Shown: piece after piece, positions 1 to 11,359 of the stretch
Layout of the letters: each line of letters starts with the position of its first letter
Numbering within the stretch: position 1 is the stretch's first letter
Origin: Dicyema japonicum
Lineage: Eukaryota; Animalia; Dicyemida
DNA length: 64,000 nucleotides
Reading direction: 5' to 3'
NCBI GenBank assembly: GCA_011109175.1
Contig: RDEW01000022.1
Span: 62,001 to 126,000, forward strand
Translations under genes and position numbers: made by a program
The notes under the pieces: model-generated
The model's input: only the letters and a program-made list of their open reading frames with translations
Database searches by the model: none
Told to the model about the DNA's origin: nothing

Positions 1-1661
1 TGTGATGAATAGGTGGAGTATTCATCTGAACTATAATAGGCACCGGATAGGCGAGGTAAAACTCAAGAGGGGGATCCTTCAGGGGGATAGCATGTCTCCG
101 CTACTCTTTGTTCTCTGTTTGGAGCCATTGAGTCGCCGCCTCAATGACCGGTTTGAGCAAATACCAGTTCATTGTGAAGGGGTCTGTTTCAGTACAAATC
201 ACCTTCTTTTTATCGATGACTTGAAGATGTATGCTCGAACAGCCGAGGAGCTCTACTCCATGGGGGTCTGTGCCAGGGAATTCTTTGAGAGTATAGGGCT
301 AGATTTGAATTATTCAAAGTCTGCGACTAACACGCAAGTATGTAGCGAGTTAGTAAGAGTCCTAGAGGAACACGAAGGATATAAGTATCTGGGTGTTACC
401 GAATCTCCAAAGTCCCTTATAATGCCTGAGACAAAGCGACAAATTACTGAAGGCATCCGTAAAAGAGCAGCGTTATTGTGTAAGACGTCTCTAAATGCAA
501 GGAATTTGTTCCTAGCATTAAATGAGTATGCTGTCTCGCTGCTAAACTACTACATAGGTGTTGTGGAGTTTGAGCCCAAAGAGTATGATGAGATGGATGT
601 TATGATCCGTGGAGTACTCAGAGAGAACCATGTCCATGTGTTGGCAGCCAATAAGGAGAGACTATATTTACCCCGTGATAAATTCGGCCGTGGACTGTGT
701 GGAGTAGTCCAACTAAGTGAGCGTATCCTAATGCGAATGCACGACACCCTGATAGCTGGGTCAAGTGTGTCTGCTAGGAAGCACGCCATAATAACGACCG
801 AGAAAACACGGGCAACCCACCTAGGCACTATCAGACCTTTTTTGTCTGCTAAGTATGGTGTTGATGATGGTGGGCTAGTAAATGTGAAGGCGTTGATCGA
901 ATTACAATATAATAATTTGATGGAAAAGATCAACTTAAAAAGCCTTCATAAGGTCCTCTTCAGAGCATTGGACAACCCACATGTCGACCTTAAGTCGTCG
1001 ACAATATGGCTAAAATACGGTGACAACTCACCTCGATCGGAGGCGTTGTACACGTATATGCAAGACCGCAATATTTTTTGGGGTCGATCAACAAATACAT
1101 GTCCCCACTGTAAGTCAAGGAGCATGTCGGTTGATCATTTAGCCACTCGATGTGGATCCATGCTCTGCCACGACTATGTGTGGAGGCACAACGAGGTAGT
1201 AAGGAGTCTTCATCTTCTACTATGCAATAAGTATGGTATTCGCCACACCAGAAAGTTGCGGACTCATAAGGTGCAATCTGTAGTAGAGAACACCAGGGTC
1301 CAAATTAAGGTAGACAGTGTTATCCGTACCTCGGTGCTAGTCAAGCACAATAAACCGGACATTGTGGTACACGATAAGGAGTCTGGCCAAGTCCTTATCA
1401 TAGAGGTTGGCATCACGTCTCAAGACCGTTGCAGCTCCAGGCCTATCTACAGTCACTGTTAAACCCTAGAGAGCCTGACACTGGAGTATAGGAGGCAGAG
1501 CCCTGAGATGCCATATGGGCAGAGGGTTCAATTAGACAAGGCGCTCTCGGAGTTGTTTCAGCAACCAGAATCGAACCTGCCTGAGGAGGCTGGCGAACAG
1601 GCAGGCGAGGAAGGTTGTTGATTAATAAATATATTAACTTTTTTATTGTTTATTAAATAAA
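1..1661 (+). mobile_element. Non-LTR retrotransposon, RLE (R4/Dong-like) type; 3' part of ORF plus 3' UTR, with a lesion in the endonuclease
   Basis: ORF 2-1462 has RT motifs GILQGDSMSPLLF, LLFIDDLK and YKYLG, then RLYLPR..GRGL, a CCHC finger (CPHC..DHLATRC), RHNEVV and KPDIVV..IIEVGITSQD. Homology breaks at ~1430 and resumes out of frame (LQAYLQS / TLESLTLEYRR..EEGC*, stop ~1620). 3' end is ..ttaaataaa at 1661. Confidence 0.9.
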
Positions 1662-1805
1662 GTGGGGTTAGTTAAAATTTATATTTTAATGTGGTTAACC
1701 ATTTGGTTGAGGTGGATGATACCTATGCACCCACATTTATTGAGCATGCGCGAAAGCTAGTCAAACAAAATAACAAATATGAAAGTTCTAGAAGTATTCC
1801 ACCAT

Positions 1806-1920
1806 GTGAACAACAACAGAGCTGCAGGATGCGATGGAGTTCCAGGGGAATTACTCAAATACGCTCCCGATACGAAAAGGATGGACAGACTAACGGAAAT
1901 GATATCGAAAAACATGGCAC
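1806..1920 (+). mobile_element. LINE RT N-terminal fragment
   Basis: Frame from 1806 reads NNRAAGCDGVPGELLKYA, matching the K-A-P-G-x-D-G-x-P-x-E-x-L-K pre-RT motif. Confidence 0.65.
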
Positions 1921-2199
1921 AAGCGAAACCATAAACAGTGTTTACCTGTAACGTGAATGTGCTTTAACTTAACCATTATTAATAAAGTGTATTATACATG
2001 TTTTAATTGTCTACCTTGTGGTGCTGTGTTGCATTAATGTATTTCCTGTTTATATTCATATTTCTTTATTATTGAAAGCGCAGATTTATTTAGCTTTTAT
2101 CAAACAAATCTTTGATCTATCATATAATCATGCATTTTTTATTTTTAAAGAAATTATATGAACGTAAATTTTGATTTTGCGCGTTTTTTAATTTTGATT

Positions 2200-3090
2200 G
2201 ATTGTATTATTTATAACGAGGTGTACTTCTTTGGTATTGTTGTCTTCTTCTCCCATCCACATATTCTTATTATTCCACACAATTTTGAGTGAGGCATTCC
2301 ATCTGATTTTTCTCATGTCTATGAACCATTTTTGTCACGAACCTATTCAGATCATTTAGCCATGCCACGTGTCGATAATTCATCGGTAAATGTAATCTGT
2401 TACCTTTAGTTCATAGAATTTCCTAATTCTTCTATCGATGAAACTATACCTATGTCGGACGAAAAGAAACACAAATCTTCCAAGTAACCATTTAATCTCA
2501 TTTTCCTCCCTACTGTAGTCCAGTCTACGGTCTTTGAGATGACGTCCTCCGTTTCCATTTACTGGGGTTGTAAACTTTACCTATGTCATGTTCGTCAAAT
2601 TTTTTCGAATTTTATTGACTTACTTTTCTAGGATTTCTGGCTGGCAAAAATTGTAATGTCTAATGAAATCAATAATTTTAGATTTCTGAATATTGATTTT
2701 TACGCAACAGACTAAATAGCCTACTCCTTCCAAAATGATTCTCAAAACATCCTGCTTCATAGTTGCTGGCACGATCTTCTAAAACTCTGAGGTGGCGAAA
2801 TGCCCCGCCCAATATTGAGAGAACCCAACGTATACAGAAATGTTATTTTTTCTCTCATCGTTGAAAAAGTAAACAAAACATTTTTCTAATTAATAAGATT
2901 TATAGAAAGACATATAGGTCGTCTGCAATTTCGAATATTGTAATGCGTCGATGCACCACAAAGTTCACTCCATAGTATCTGCAGTCCGGTCATAGAAATC
3001 TATATTCGCCAGTCTCATCAGTTTGGCGGATATTTTAGTTTCATGACGGTATGGAACACCCACTCCGTAGTGCATTAGATCATGGCAAAG
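2200..3090 (-). mobile_element. Decayed LINE reverse transcriptase remnant (RTE-like)
   Basis: Minus-strand fragments resembling L..YGVP..KL.RL, (E)IADDL and YLG in the expected order; many stops and frameshifts. Confidence 0.4.
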
Positions 3091-3099
3091 CTAAATTTT

Positions 3100-3832
3100 T
3101 CACATTTTAGAACTGATTCCCCTCACATTAAAAGTTATTAAGTATAAAGCTATAGTGAACTTCACTTTTGATTTCTTCATGCCTTTTCTATCTATAAATG
3201 AAATTGTTCTAAAAGGGAAAAATTGAAAAAGGAGTAAGTTTAAACCATGTTTAGCAATACTTCAGGTTCAACTTTTAACTAATCATATTTTGTATATTCA
3301 AATTAATTTCATTTTGTGTTAAGCAGTTAGCTTCTCCGTGGAAAACTTTAGTTTAAGATTAAATCTTCCTTTAAATCTGTGTAGCCTTTATTACATTCAA
3401 AATCATGGCTGTCTTGTTAATCGTAGTTTCACAGTTTTCCAATTTTCACGGTTTTTTAGAATTTCTGAAAGTGCAGAAATTCCCAAATAAAAGTTCATTT
3501 TTATTTCACAGATATGGGATAATTCCCTGAGATTCATTTTTGATGTATTTTTTATTTCACAAATATATCTTTTCCATGCAATAGAAATTTCGGTCCACTT
3601 TCTAACCATGTGGTACTTTAGATTTTAAATTTAAATATAAATTCATTTGAATGTATGATAAAAACAAAATAAATTATCCGAAATTTTTAATAAATGTCTT
3701 TCGGATTGCGGATTATGAAATTTCGGATTATTGAAGCCTGTTTGTAAGAAAACTGTAAAATTTTTACTAACTCAAAAATTCGGATTATTAGTTTTCGGAT
3801 TATTGAAGTTCAGATTAATGAGGGTTTCCTCT
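3100..3832 (-). mobile_element. pogo/Tigger-like DNA transposon 5' fragment with TIR
   Basis: ORF 3403-3609 resembles the CENP-B/psq HTH (ISIAWKRYICEIK..GISALSEILKNRENW), followed by FHGEA and GMKKSKVKFTIAL. TIR-like end gaggaaaccctcattaatctgaac (minus) at ~3808-3831 with ttcggatta subrepeats. Confidence 0.7.
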
Positions 3833-4850
3833 ATATGATTAATCAATTCATTTTTAATATAACACGTGAAACCATAATACCTAGTTTTACCAGCGTTGGA
3901 GATATTCAAAATGGCTTTTTTTATAAAGTGTATTTTTACATGTAATAATTTAATTGAAGTGGGCATTATTTTTCAGGATAGCCGCAAACAAATTGAGATC
4001 GAGAAGTGCCACAAGAATCTCTGTGACACTATCTTTTCTATATAATTGTAAAGTAAAGAATATCCCGTTGGTTATGGCCGGGTATTGAGTAGCTTCGAAC
4101 TACTTTTAAATTAATTTGATAAGTTATCTATTAAAAGCAACGATTGATATCCAAAATGTTGAAAAGGACGCTCGAAAGCATGCTAATTTAACACAAGCAC
4201 GGTATAGGTCTTGATGACTAGTTTACTTCTGCTTCAGACTAGCTTGTAGAGATTCCGTTGAATAGTAACAGAGATATAATGACTGAACTGATTTGGAGAT
4301 GATGAATATGAGTAAGATGACAGCAAACCTTTTTTCAAGTGAAGGAGAGTAATAGTTCGGTTACTACCACCTTCTTTTCAGTAATTCTTGGTATAACATA
4401 AATAAAAATATTCACTATGAAAGCATCTCAGGAACCTTCAACTACCAGTATATCACTATGGAAACAATGACCACTAAATATTGCATTCAAGCGGTTGAAA
4501 TAATGAGGGCAAGGTTAATGATATCGAGAATGAGATTACGGGTCAAAAAATATTGGTGAACTGCACTTATATGCAGAGCCATATTAGCTATAGCTCCACT
4601 CAGGCGGGGCACACTTGGGGAAAATATATGGTTTTTCTGCACAATTGTATCACAGCGTCACGAAGTCTCAGGCATCTGGACCAACTTTCCTCAAATGATG
4701 CACGACCAATGTGAAAAAAGATCTTTAATGAAGTTGACGGATAGGACGAATCAGCGATAAAATATATACATGATTAATCTAAATTTTTATGTAATATTTT
4801 ATGTAAAAAACCTCAATAATAAAACCCACAAAAATTAATTTCTAATACAC

Positions 4851-4860
4851 TATTATAAAA
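4851..4860 (+). promoter_or_regulatory. Putative TATA element of CAP copy 1 within a ~100 bp upstream block conserved among the copies
   Basis: tattataaaa ~22 nt before the ATG; tataaaa at the equivalent place in copy 2 (9463-9469). The upstream block aligns in all three copies. The AT-rich context weakens the call. Confidence 0.3.
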
Positions 4861-4882
4861 GGGAATACAAATAACCGATAAA

Positions 4883-5626
4883 ATGATAGGATTATTGTTA
4901 TTTCTTTCAGTTAAAGTAAGTTGCGACTATTTTAATGAAACCGAAAAAGAGGAACTTGGATGCCATAATTATTTCAGATCTAATGCTAGACCTGCTGCAA
5001 GCAATATGAGAAAAATGGTTGTTAAATTTAAATTTATTAAGGTTTGGAGTGATGCACTTGAAAAAGAAGCTGAAACATTAAGCGAGAAATGATATATTCC
5101 CCGCAGTCACAATTGGACAAAACTTACTTATAATTTCTAATAGTTACCTGTTATTACGATTATAGACAAAAATAACCTCACCGCGTTAGTAGAGGAATGG
5201 TACAAAGATCGAGAGTATTACGATTTTAACTCTCAAATGTGTAGTGGCGATTGTGTTTATTATAAGCAAGTATTATTTCTATAATATGTGGGTTGTTTGG
5301 GCTGATACTTATGAAGTAGGATGTGCTAAAACTTTATGTGCCTCACTATCACTCGGTTCATTTTCACTCTGGAAGTCTGTAGCTTTCTGCAATTACTATC
5401 CATTGTATTTCAGCTTTATTTACTTTAGTCCAAACAATTACGATGGCAATCCTTATAAAACAGGAAAACCATGTTCCCAATGTCCTGCAAATATCTCATC
5501 ATGTGAGAATAATTTATGTAGTCCGAGTTGAAATATAGTTTTTTATATGCAGGTAAAAGTTCAATTCAAAAATACTCTCTGTTCTCATTAATCACAATCG
5601 GACTTGTAATTATGGGATTTAACTAA
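4883..5626 (+). pseudogene. CAP/SCP (GLIPR1-like) gene copy 1, frameshifted
   Basis: N-terminal hydrophobic leader, HNYFRS, SNMRKM|VWS, GQNL, EWY, YKQ|VVWADTYEVGC, CNY, PYKTGKPCSQCP..CENNLC, hydrophobic tail SLFSLITIGLVIMGFN*. Introns 22-26 nt; +1 frameshift at ~5091; intron 1 acceptor deleted. Confidence 0.85.
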
Positions 5627-7009
5627 TACATCGTTGTTAATTAGATCATACTAACGTGGACTTTTTCTTTACTCTCTAATTTTTGTTGATTTTAATTTAA
5701 ATAATAAAATCACATTTTAGATATAAAAGTCTGCAGTATTCGAGTTTTATTATGAAAATTATATTTTAATTTTTCTGAAGTAATAAAAAGTTCAATAAAA
5801 GTGACATTGTGGTTCAACTTGCGGCTTCCAATAATGAAACAATAATTGAATCAAACCTCATAAAACACAATATTGATTTTTTGGTAAAAATTCAGAGTAT
5901 GAACAACCTTCCAAAAACCGAGATTTTAAGATTATATTGTGCTCAGTTCTTATAGTGGTATTATGGTAACTCTCAGTTATTCTTCATTTATTTCACTTGC
6001 ACTACTCAGTACACAGCCAAGCAAGCTTTAGATGATTACATGGAAGTAATGTCCACTACTATTAATGTCTGTTCCATTCTATACACTCATTAATATGAAC
6101 ATCCCCTTCTTTCTGCCAATTTTCTATCGTCTCATTCTGAAATTTATTATCTCTATCAGTCACGGTGAACTCAATTTTTAGGACTCAATGATATTTGGCT
6201 CAGTTCTCAGACACTGAGAAGGACAAGTAAACCCAGAAGTCAAACTCAATAGAAAAGTCACTGAAAGACTTTTCCGGTCAATCATTTTCCCTCATCGACA
6301 TCGTTGAGACTCACCCAAATCAAGGCGATAAGAATTGCCAATGCTAAGGTTCTCATTCCGACGTCATGATTGATTGGCATCCAACCAATTGGGGGTGATG
6401 TTTGTTCGAACCTCTGAACGATAAAATCAAAGAAAGAAATACTCATCCCATGCCGACCCATCTATTTATTCATAACTAGCTTTAAATTCTTAGTCAAACG
6501 ATTCTCTAATTCTGAAAGACTATGTGTTACGACTATGCAAAAACTAGCAATCCCACTAGGTTGATTGTTAACTCATGTTGAAAAAGGTTCATGAGAATGT
6601 AAAATGAACTAGGACACCCAGTAGGTTGATCACTAACTAATATCTAAGTTTAACAATATTCTGATCTGTATTTCGACTATGACGAGCAAGGAAAACTATT
6701 TAATAAGTAAAATGACTATATTGAAACAGCTTCTGAATTCCTGCTAAGAATTGGACATGTGAGTTAAATGATCTGACGAAGCCATTAGGAGAGAAAGTTC
6801 ACATGGCATCACATGGCAACACGTGGCTGATGTATTTTGAAATCATAAAACCACTAAGAAGGAAAGGTTAACTTCCTAATTAGATGATTCAAACCTCTAC
6901 AACCTTCAAAAAGGTGGCCTATCAATTTCCTGTTTTCTCTTTACTTCTGGATGGAGATATAGAACCTAATCCTTGTCCAAATTAAACACTGAATATTATA
7001 CAATTATTT

Positions 7010-7085
7010 ATTATTTATTTTAAAAACCGAAGACCACCAAAAAAAGTAAGGTTAAAGCCACTAATCAGGTGATTTGAGCTTCTAG
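7010..7085 (-). mobile_element. 3' end of APE-type LINE (family A)
   Basis: Reverse complement has the atcacctgattag..ggtggtctt motif and taaa-rich tail seen at 17660-17720, 32260-32325 and 56680-56760. Confidence 0.5.
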
Positions 7086-7406
7086 TATCTCCCAAATTCT
7101 AATGAATGTTCTGCCAGCGACCTAACTACTTTCTGAAGTATCTTCTTTTGTGTCTGCGGAAAAATTCTTGTCACACAAATTCAATAAAAATTGTTTTATT
7201 AAATATAATTCAATCGCAAAATTAGTTCGTTTAATAAAAATATTTAAAAGTATTATTATCTTTATTTAAGCTTTTTTTTTTAATATAAATGAATTAATTT
7301 AAACAATAGAAGTCAAGTAGTTGCCGCCCTCACCGCGTGGCTGTTCCCTCTCAAAATTGCGAGCGAAATTCGCTCAAATAGCCAGCGGCGTTCGCGGGAT
7401 CTAAGA

Positions 7407-7560
7407 TTTATTTAAGCTACAATAAAAAAAGTTAATAATTAAAATTGACAACCGTCCTCGCTTGCCTGTTCGCCAGCCTCCCCAGGCATATTATTCTCAA
7501 ATAAATCCAAAATTCCCTTATTAACAATGAGTTAACCAGACAATTGACGGTCGACCATTT
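7407..7560 (-). mobile_element. Diverged 3' end of a second copy of the R4-like element
   Basis: Reverse complement tgcctggggaggctggcgaacaggcaagcgagga..attaactttttt.attgt..ttaaataaa aligns with 1575-1661. Confidence 0.8.
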
Positions 7561-7669
7561 CGATGATTTAAGTGAACTTTTCGAAAATGGAGGACTTTGG
7601 ATGAAAATTACTACTGAGTTAGGGTCTTCAGTAGTATCTCGAATGGTGTCGCCTTTAACAGGAAGGTAA

Positions 7670-7830
7670 AGAACGTGAGACAAAAAGAAAGAAGTGAAGA
7701 GCATTCCTTAGTTCTCATTCTAAATTAGTCATCACTGATGATGACTCATCATAAACAGTCCTTTACATAAAGTTTCTTGGTGGAGCTATGGAGAATATGG
7801 ATCTGCATAAGAGCAGTATTATTAATAAAA
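7670..7830 (+). mobile_element. tRNA-derived SINE (family C), 3' part
   Basis: gaagtgaagagcattccttagttct..ggagctat..tattatta matches the 3' half of the copy at 38528-38849. Confidence 0.55.
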
Positions 7831-8889
7831 TTCTATTTTATTTGATTTTTTCCTTATTTAGTATGTGAAACCGCGTGAAATCATGCCGTACGTGAAAACC
7901 TACTAAAACGAATCGAATTAAAGTTTATTACCGTGGATAATTCTGAGTTTTCTGAATTGAATGTTGGAATTTTTAGTTAAAATCGTTGATATTTTAAAAT
8001 CACAAAGCAGCAAAAAGACACTCAAATTAATAGAGTTGAAGTTTATTGATTTTTATTACAATTATCAAAAAAAACTTTATTAATATTTAAAATAATTTAA
8101 AAATAGTTTAATTAATAAAATAACCTTTTGTCACCTGGCTTTTATTTTTTTTGCATGTTTTTTAGTGTTATGTTGATGTATAAGTCACTTTCCCGATGTC
8201 AAACACCGATTTGGAGACTTTCACTATTAGTGTTCGTAATCAGAGGAAAGTGCGTTTTTAAACGTCAAGTTGAGATAGGCATGCCTTGGGAAACGACCTG
8301 AGCTGCCTCATTATCCACCAGGTGTGAATCTCTCCATAAGGAAAGTCGTTCAGCCAGGCACTTGCTGAAATGGCAGCAGGCCGTTTTGAGCCAGCAAATC
8401 TTCTCGCATTCCCAGTCTTCTCTAGGTGCTCCCTTTTTTTCAAAAAACACATATCGACACGCTTTCTTATTATGTCCGATTTTTAATTAACTTTTTTATT
8501 TTTTATTAAATTTTTAGATATTATTAATATCAAATTTTCTCTTGTGTATATTTTAGCATATTTTCGGTATAAAATACAACCAGAATTAAGTTTTCACTGA
8601 AAATGGTATTTTAGAGTCAGAAAAACGTCATAAACTGAAAAAAAGGTAGATGGAGTTCCACGTGCGGTTTACGTATGGACGTGATAATATATAGTTCATA
8701 TTTAAATAATTAACGTAAAATTTCGACATTATTTAATTTTAATAATGTACATTTATTTCTGAATATAAGGAGGCCTGGAGAACCTGACGGCTCCCCTCTC
8801 TTATTTTATTTTGTCGTTGATTCTGGTTTTAAAAAAAAAATCTTCGAATATAAAAGTGCTTCAGTTGTGCATTCCAAAAATTGGATTTT

Positions 8890-9070
8890 AATTTGAATGG
8901 ATAGTATAACAAAACGTGGGCCGAACAAATGACCTGATGGGTCCTAGTTTGAATCCTTCATTCCGACTGAAGGTTCCACAACATCTACGATGATATGGCT
9001 TGACGAGTGACGTCGTCAGCAGTGTACTTCTCATTGCGGAACCGGATCGTCTACTCATATCATGGTTTAA
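8890..9070 (+). mobile_element. tRNA-derived SINE (family C), 5' part
   Basis: B-box-like gtttgaatcc followed by the conserved body gaaggttccac..tgacgagtgacgtcgtcagcagtg. Confidence 0.65.
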
Positions 9071-9149
9071 TCTCCAAAATCTCATTTTAACACAAAATTC
9101 ATCCGGAACGAGCATGAAAAAGACTTCCATTCCTTTCAATTGTAAAACC

Positions 9150-9330
9150 TCTCAAGTGGAGTGGAGAAAAGTGTAGTGGAGCAAATGATCCTTTATAGTT
9201 CCAGCCTGACACTGGGCACCACCTAAGAAAGGTGGATCACATAATGCCTCATTCGTTAGAAAAGAAAAAGGAACAGACAAAAACAGAAAATTTAAAACCA
9301 CATGGCGCCACGCGGCGAAAACGTCAAAAA
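9150..9330 (-). repeat. Dispersed repeat family B (retroelement-like)
   Basis: tgatccacct..ggtgg..cagtg..aaggatcatt.gct..ccactcca is shared with 11020-11280 and 34680-34885. Confidence 0.6.
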
Positions 9331-9491
9331 AGATCTTAAAAACTTGACCAATAAAACAAATCAAGGAACAAATATATACAGGATTCATCTAAATTTTTAA
9401 TGTAATATTTATGTAAAAAACCTCAATAATTAACCAGCAAAAATTAATTTCCTATACTTAATTATAAAAGTAAAATTAAATAACCGATGCA

Positions 9492-10261
9492 ATGATTGAA
9501 TTATTGTTATTTTTTTCAGTTAAAGTAAGTTGATACATTAAATACATTTCAGTGCTACAAATCATTTACTGAAGACGAAAAGAATGAACTTTTGGATGCC
9601 CATAATTACTTCAGATCTAAGACTAAACCTGCTGCTAGCAATATGAGAAAAATGGTTGTTAAATTTAAAGTTATTAAGGTTTGGAGTGATACACTTGAAG
9701 AAAAAGCTGAAAATCAAGAAAGAAATGTTTATTCTCAACAGTCAATATTGACAAAACTATTTTACAATTTCTAATAGTTACCTGTTATTGCGATTATAGA
9801 CAAAAATAACCTCACCGCGTTTGTAGAGGAATGGTACAAAAAAGAAGAGTATTACGATTTAATACTCAAATTTGTAGTGGCAACTGTAATTTATATAAAC
9901 AAGTTTTATTTCTATAATTTGTTGGTTGTTTGGGCTGATACTTATGAATTAGGATGTGCTAAAATTTCTGTGGCTCATTGTCACTTGGTTCATATTCATT
10001 CTCAGAGTATTTTGCTTACTGCAATTACCGTCCATAGTATTTTAGCTGTATTTACTTTAGTCCAAACAATTATACAGGAAATCCTTATAAAACAGGAAAA
10101 CCATGCTCTCGCAATGTCCTGCAAATAGCACCTCATGTGAGAATAATTTATGCATTCCAAGTTATAATATAGTTTCTTATATAAAGGTCAAAATTCAAGT
10201 CAAAAAATACTCTCTGATCTCATTAATCACAATCGGACTTGTAATTATGGGATTTAACTAA
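9492..10261 (+). pseudogene. CAP/SCP gene copy 2, frameshifted
   Basis: Same exon-intron layout as copy 1 (introns of 28, 24, 23, 22, 24, 26 nt). LLDAHNYFRS, VVWADTYELGC and CNY present. At least five small indels, mostly in homopolymer runs. Confidence 0.85.
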
Positions 10262-11019
10262 TACATAGTTTTTAATTATACTTTTAACATCTGGACTTGG
10301 TCTTTAATCTCCCATTCTTGTAGTTTTCCTAATTTAAGTAAAAATCACATTTTAGATAAAATATTGTATTTTTTGAGTTTTATTATGAAAATTATATTTT
10401 CTCTGAGGCAATAAAAAAGATCAATGAGAATGACATTGTGGTTCAGCTTGCGGTTATGAAAAAAATTGGACAATTGACTAAAGAAATCTTGATTTTTTCG
10501 CATAATTTCAGAGTATGTGCCATATCGAGATTTATAGATCACTTAGTGGTCAGCTCTCATAGTGGAATTGCGGTTACTCTCATCATTCTTCTTAATTTCA
10601 CTTGCACTAGTCAGTTCACTGTCATAAAGCTTTGGATGACTACATGAATGAATTTCCTTTATTGTCTGTTTCAGTCCTTACACTCTCTTTTATATATTTT
10701 CCTCTTCTTTCTGCCAAATGTCAATCGTCTCTTTTTGAAATTTCTACTCAACTTCAATAACCATATCATTTACAATGAACTCAATTTTTCTGACTCATAA
10801 TGCTTGAATTTGGAAATCCTATGTATTTTAAGGCTCAGCTATTCTACATGGCGCCAACATTAGTGTGGTTATATGTGGCTACTTGAATTGAAGATTTTTT
10901 TTCTGTTCTCCTTTCCCTTTTGGCTTCACTAGGCTTGAGTTATTAGTGTGGTGGACCAGATTAAGCAATAGTGCAACATGAGATGACTAATTGGTTGAAG
11001 TTTCTGCTTGTTCGTCTGT

Positions 11020-11280
11020 TCCTCCTCACTTTTCCTATTAGAGTGGCGTCATGTGATCCACCTCTCTAGGTGGCGTCCAGTGCCAAACCGGCACGAAAAA
11101 GGATCATTCGCTATCTCCCACTCCAGTGGAGGGTTGACGCACAACTGGAAGTATGACGTCTTTTACCCTTTATATTGATTCCGGATGGACTTTGTTTCTG
11201 TAGAAGTGGAAACTGGATACACTTAATTAGTTGTTTACTTTAACTTCGTTCTCGGTGTATCCGGGGTTGATAAATAAATA
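11020..11280 (+). repeat. Dispersed repeat family B with retro-like 3' tail
   Basis: Aligns with 9150-9330 and 34680-34885; ends ttctcggtgtat..taaataaata. Confidence 0.6.
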
Positions 11281-11359
11281 GTCTTCCGCAGAAAAATCGT
11301 GCACTTCGAATAAGCAATGTTAAAAATACCTAAAACAATAATATATACTATGAGTAAAC

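Noticed and set aside
550-933. 127-aa minus-strand ORF
   Set aside because: Antisense shadow of the retroelement ORF.
1691-1951. 86-aa ORF as a gene
   Set aside because: The recognisable signal (RT fragment) is in another frame.
5254-5270. Canonical short GT-AG intron as an alternative to the non-AG intron
   Set aside because: It would delete the conserved YKQ, and its donor is absent in copy 2.
7310-7405. HDV-like ribozyme
   Set aside because: P2- and P4-like stems exist, but there is too little room for P3/L3 and no P3 pairing.
8120-8460. piggyBac or Tc1 remnant
   Set aside because: Only an HFP tripeptide and a vague HTH-like stretch; the family assignments conflict.
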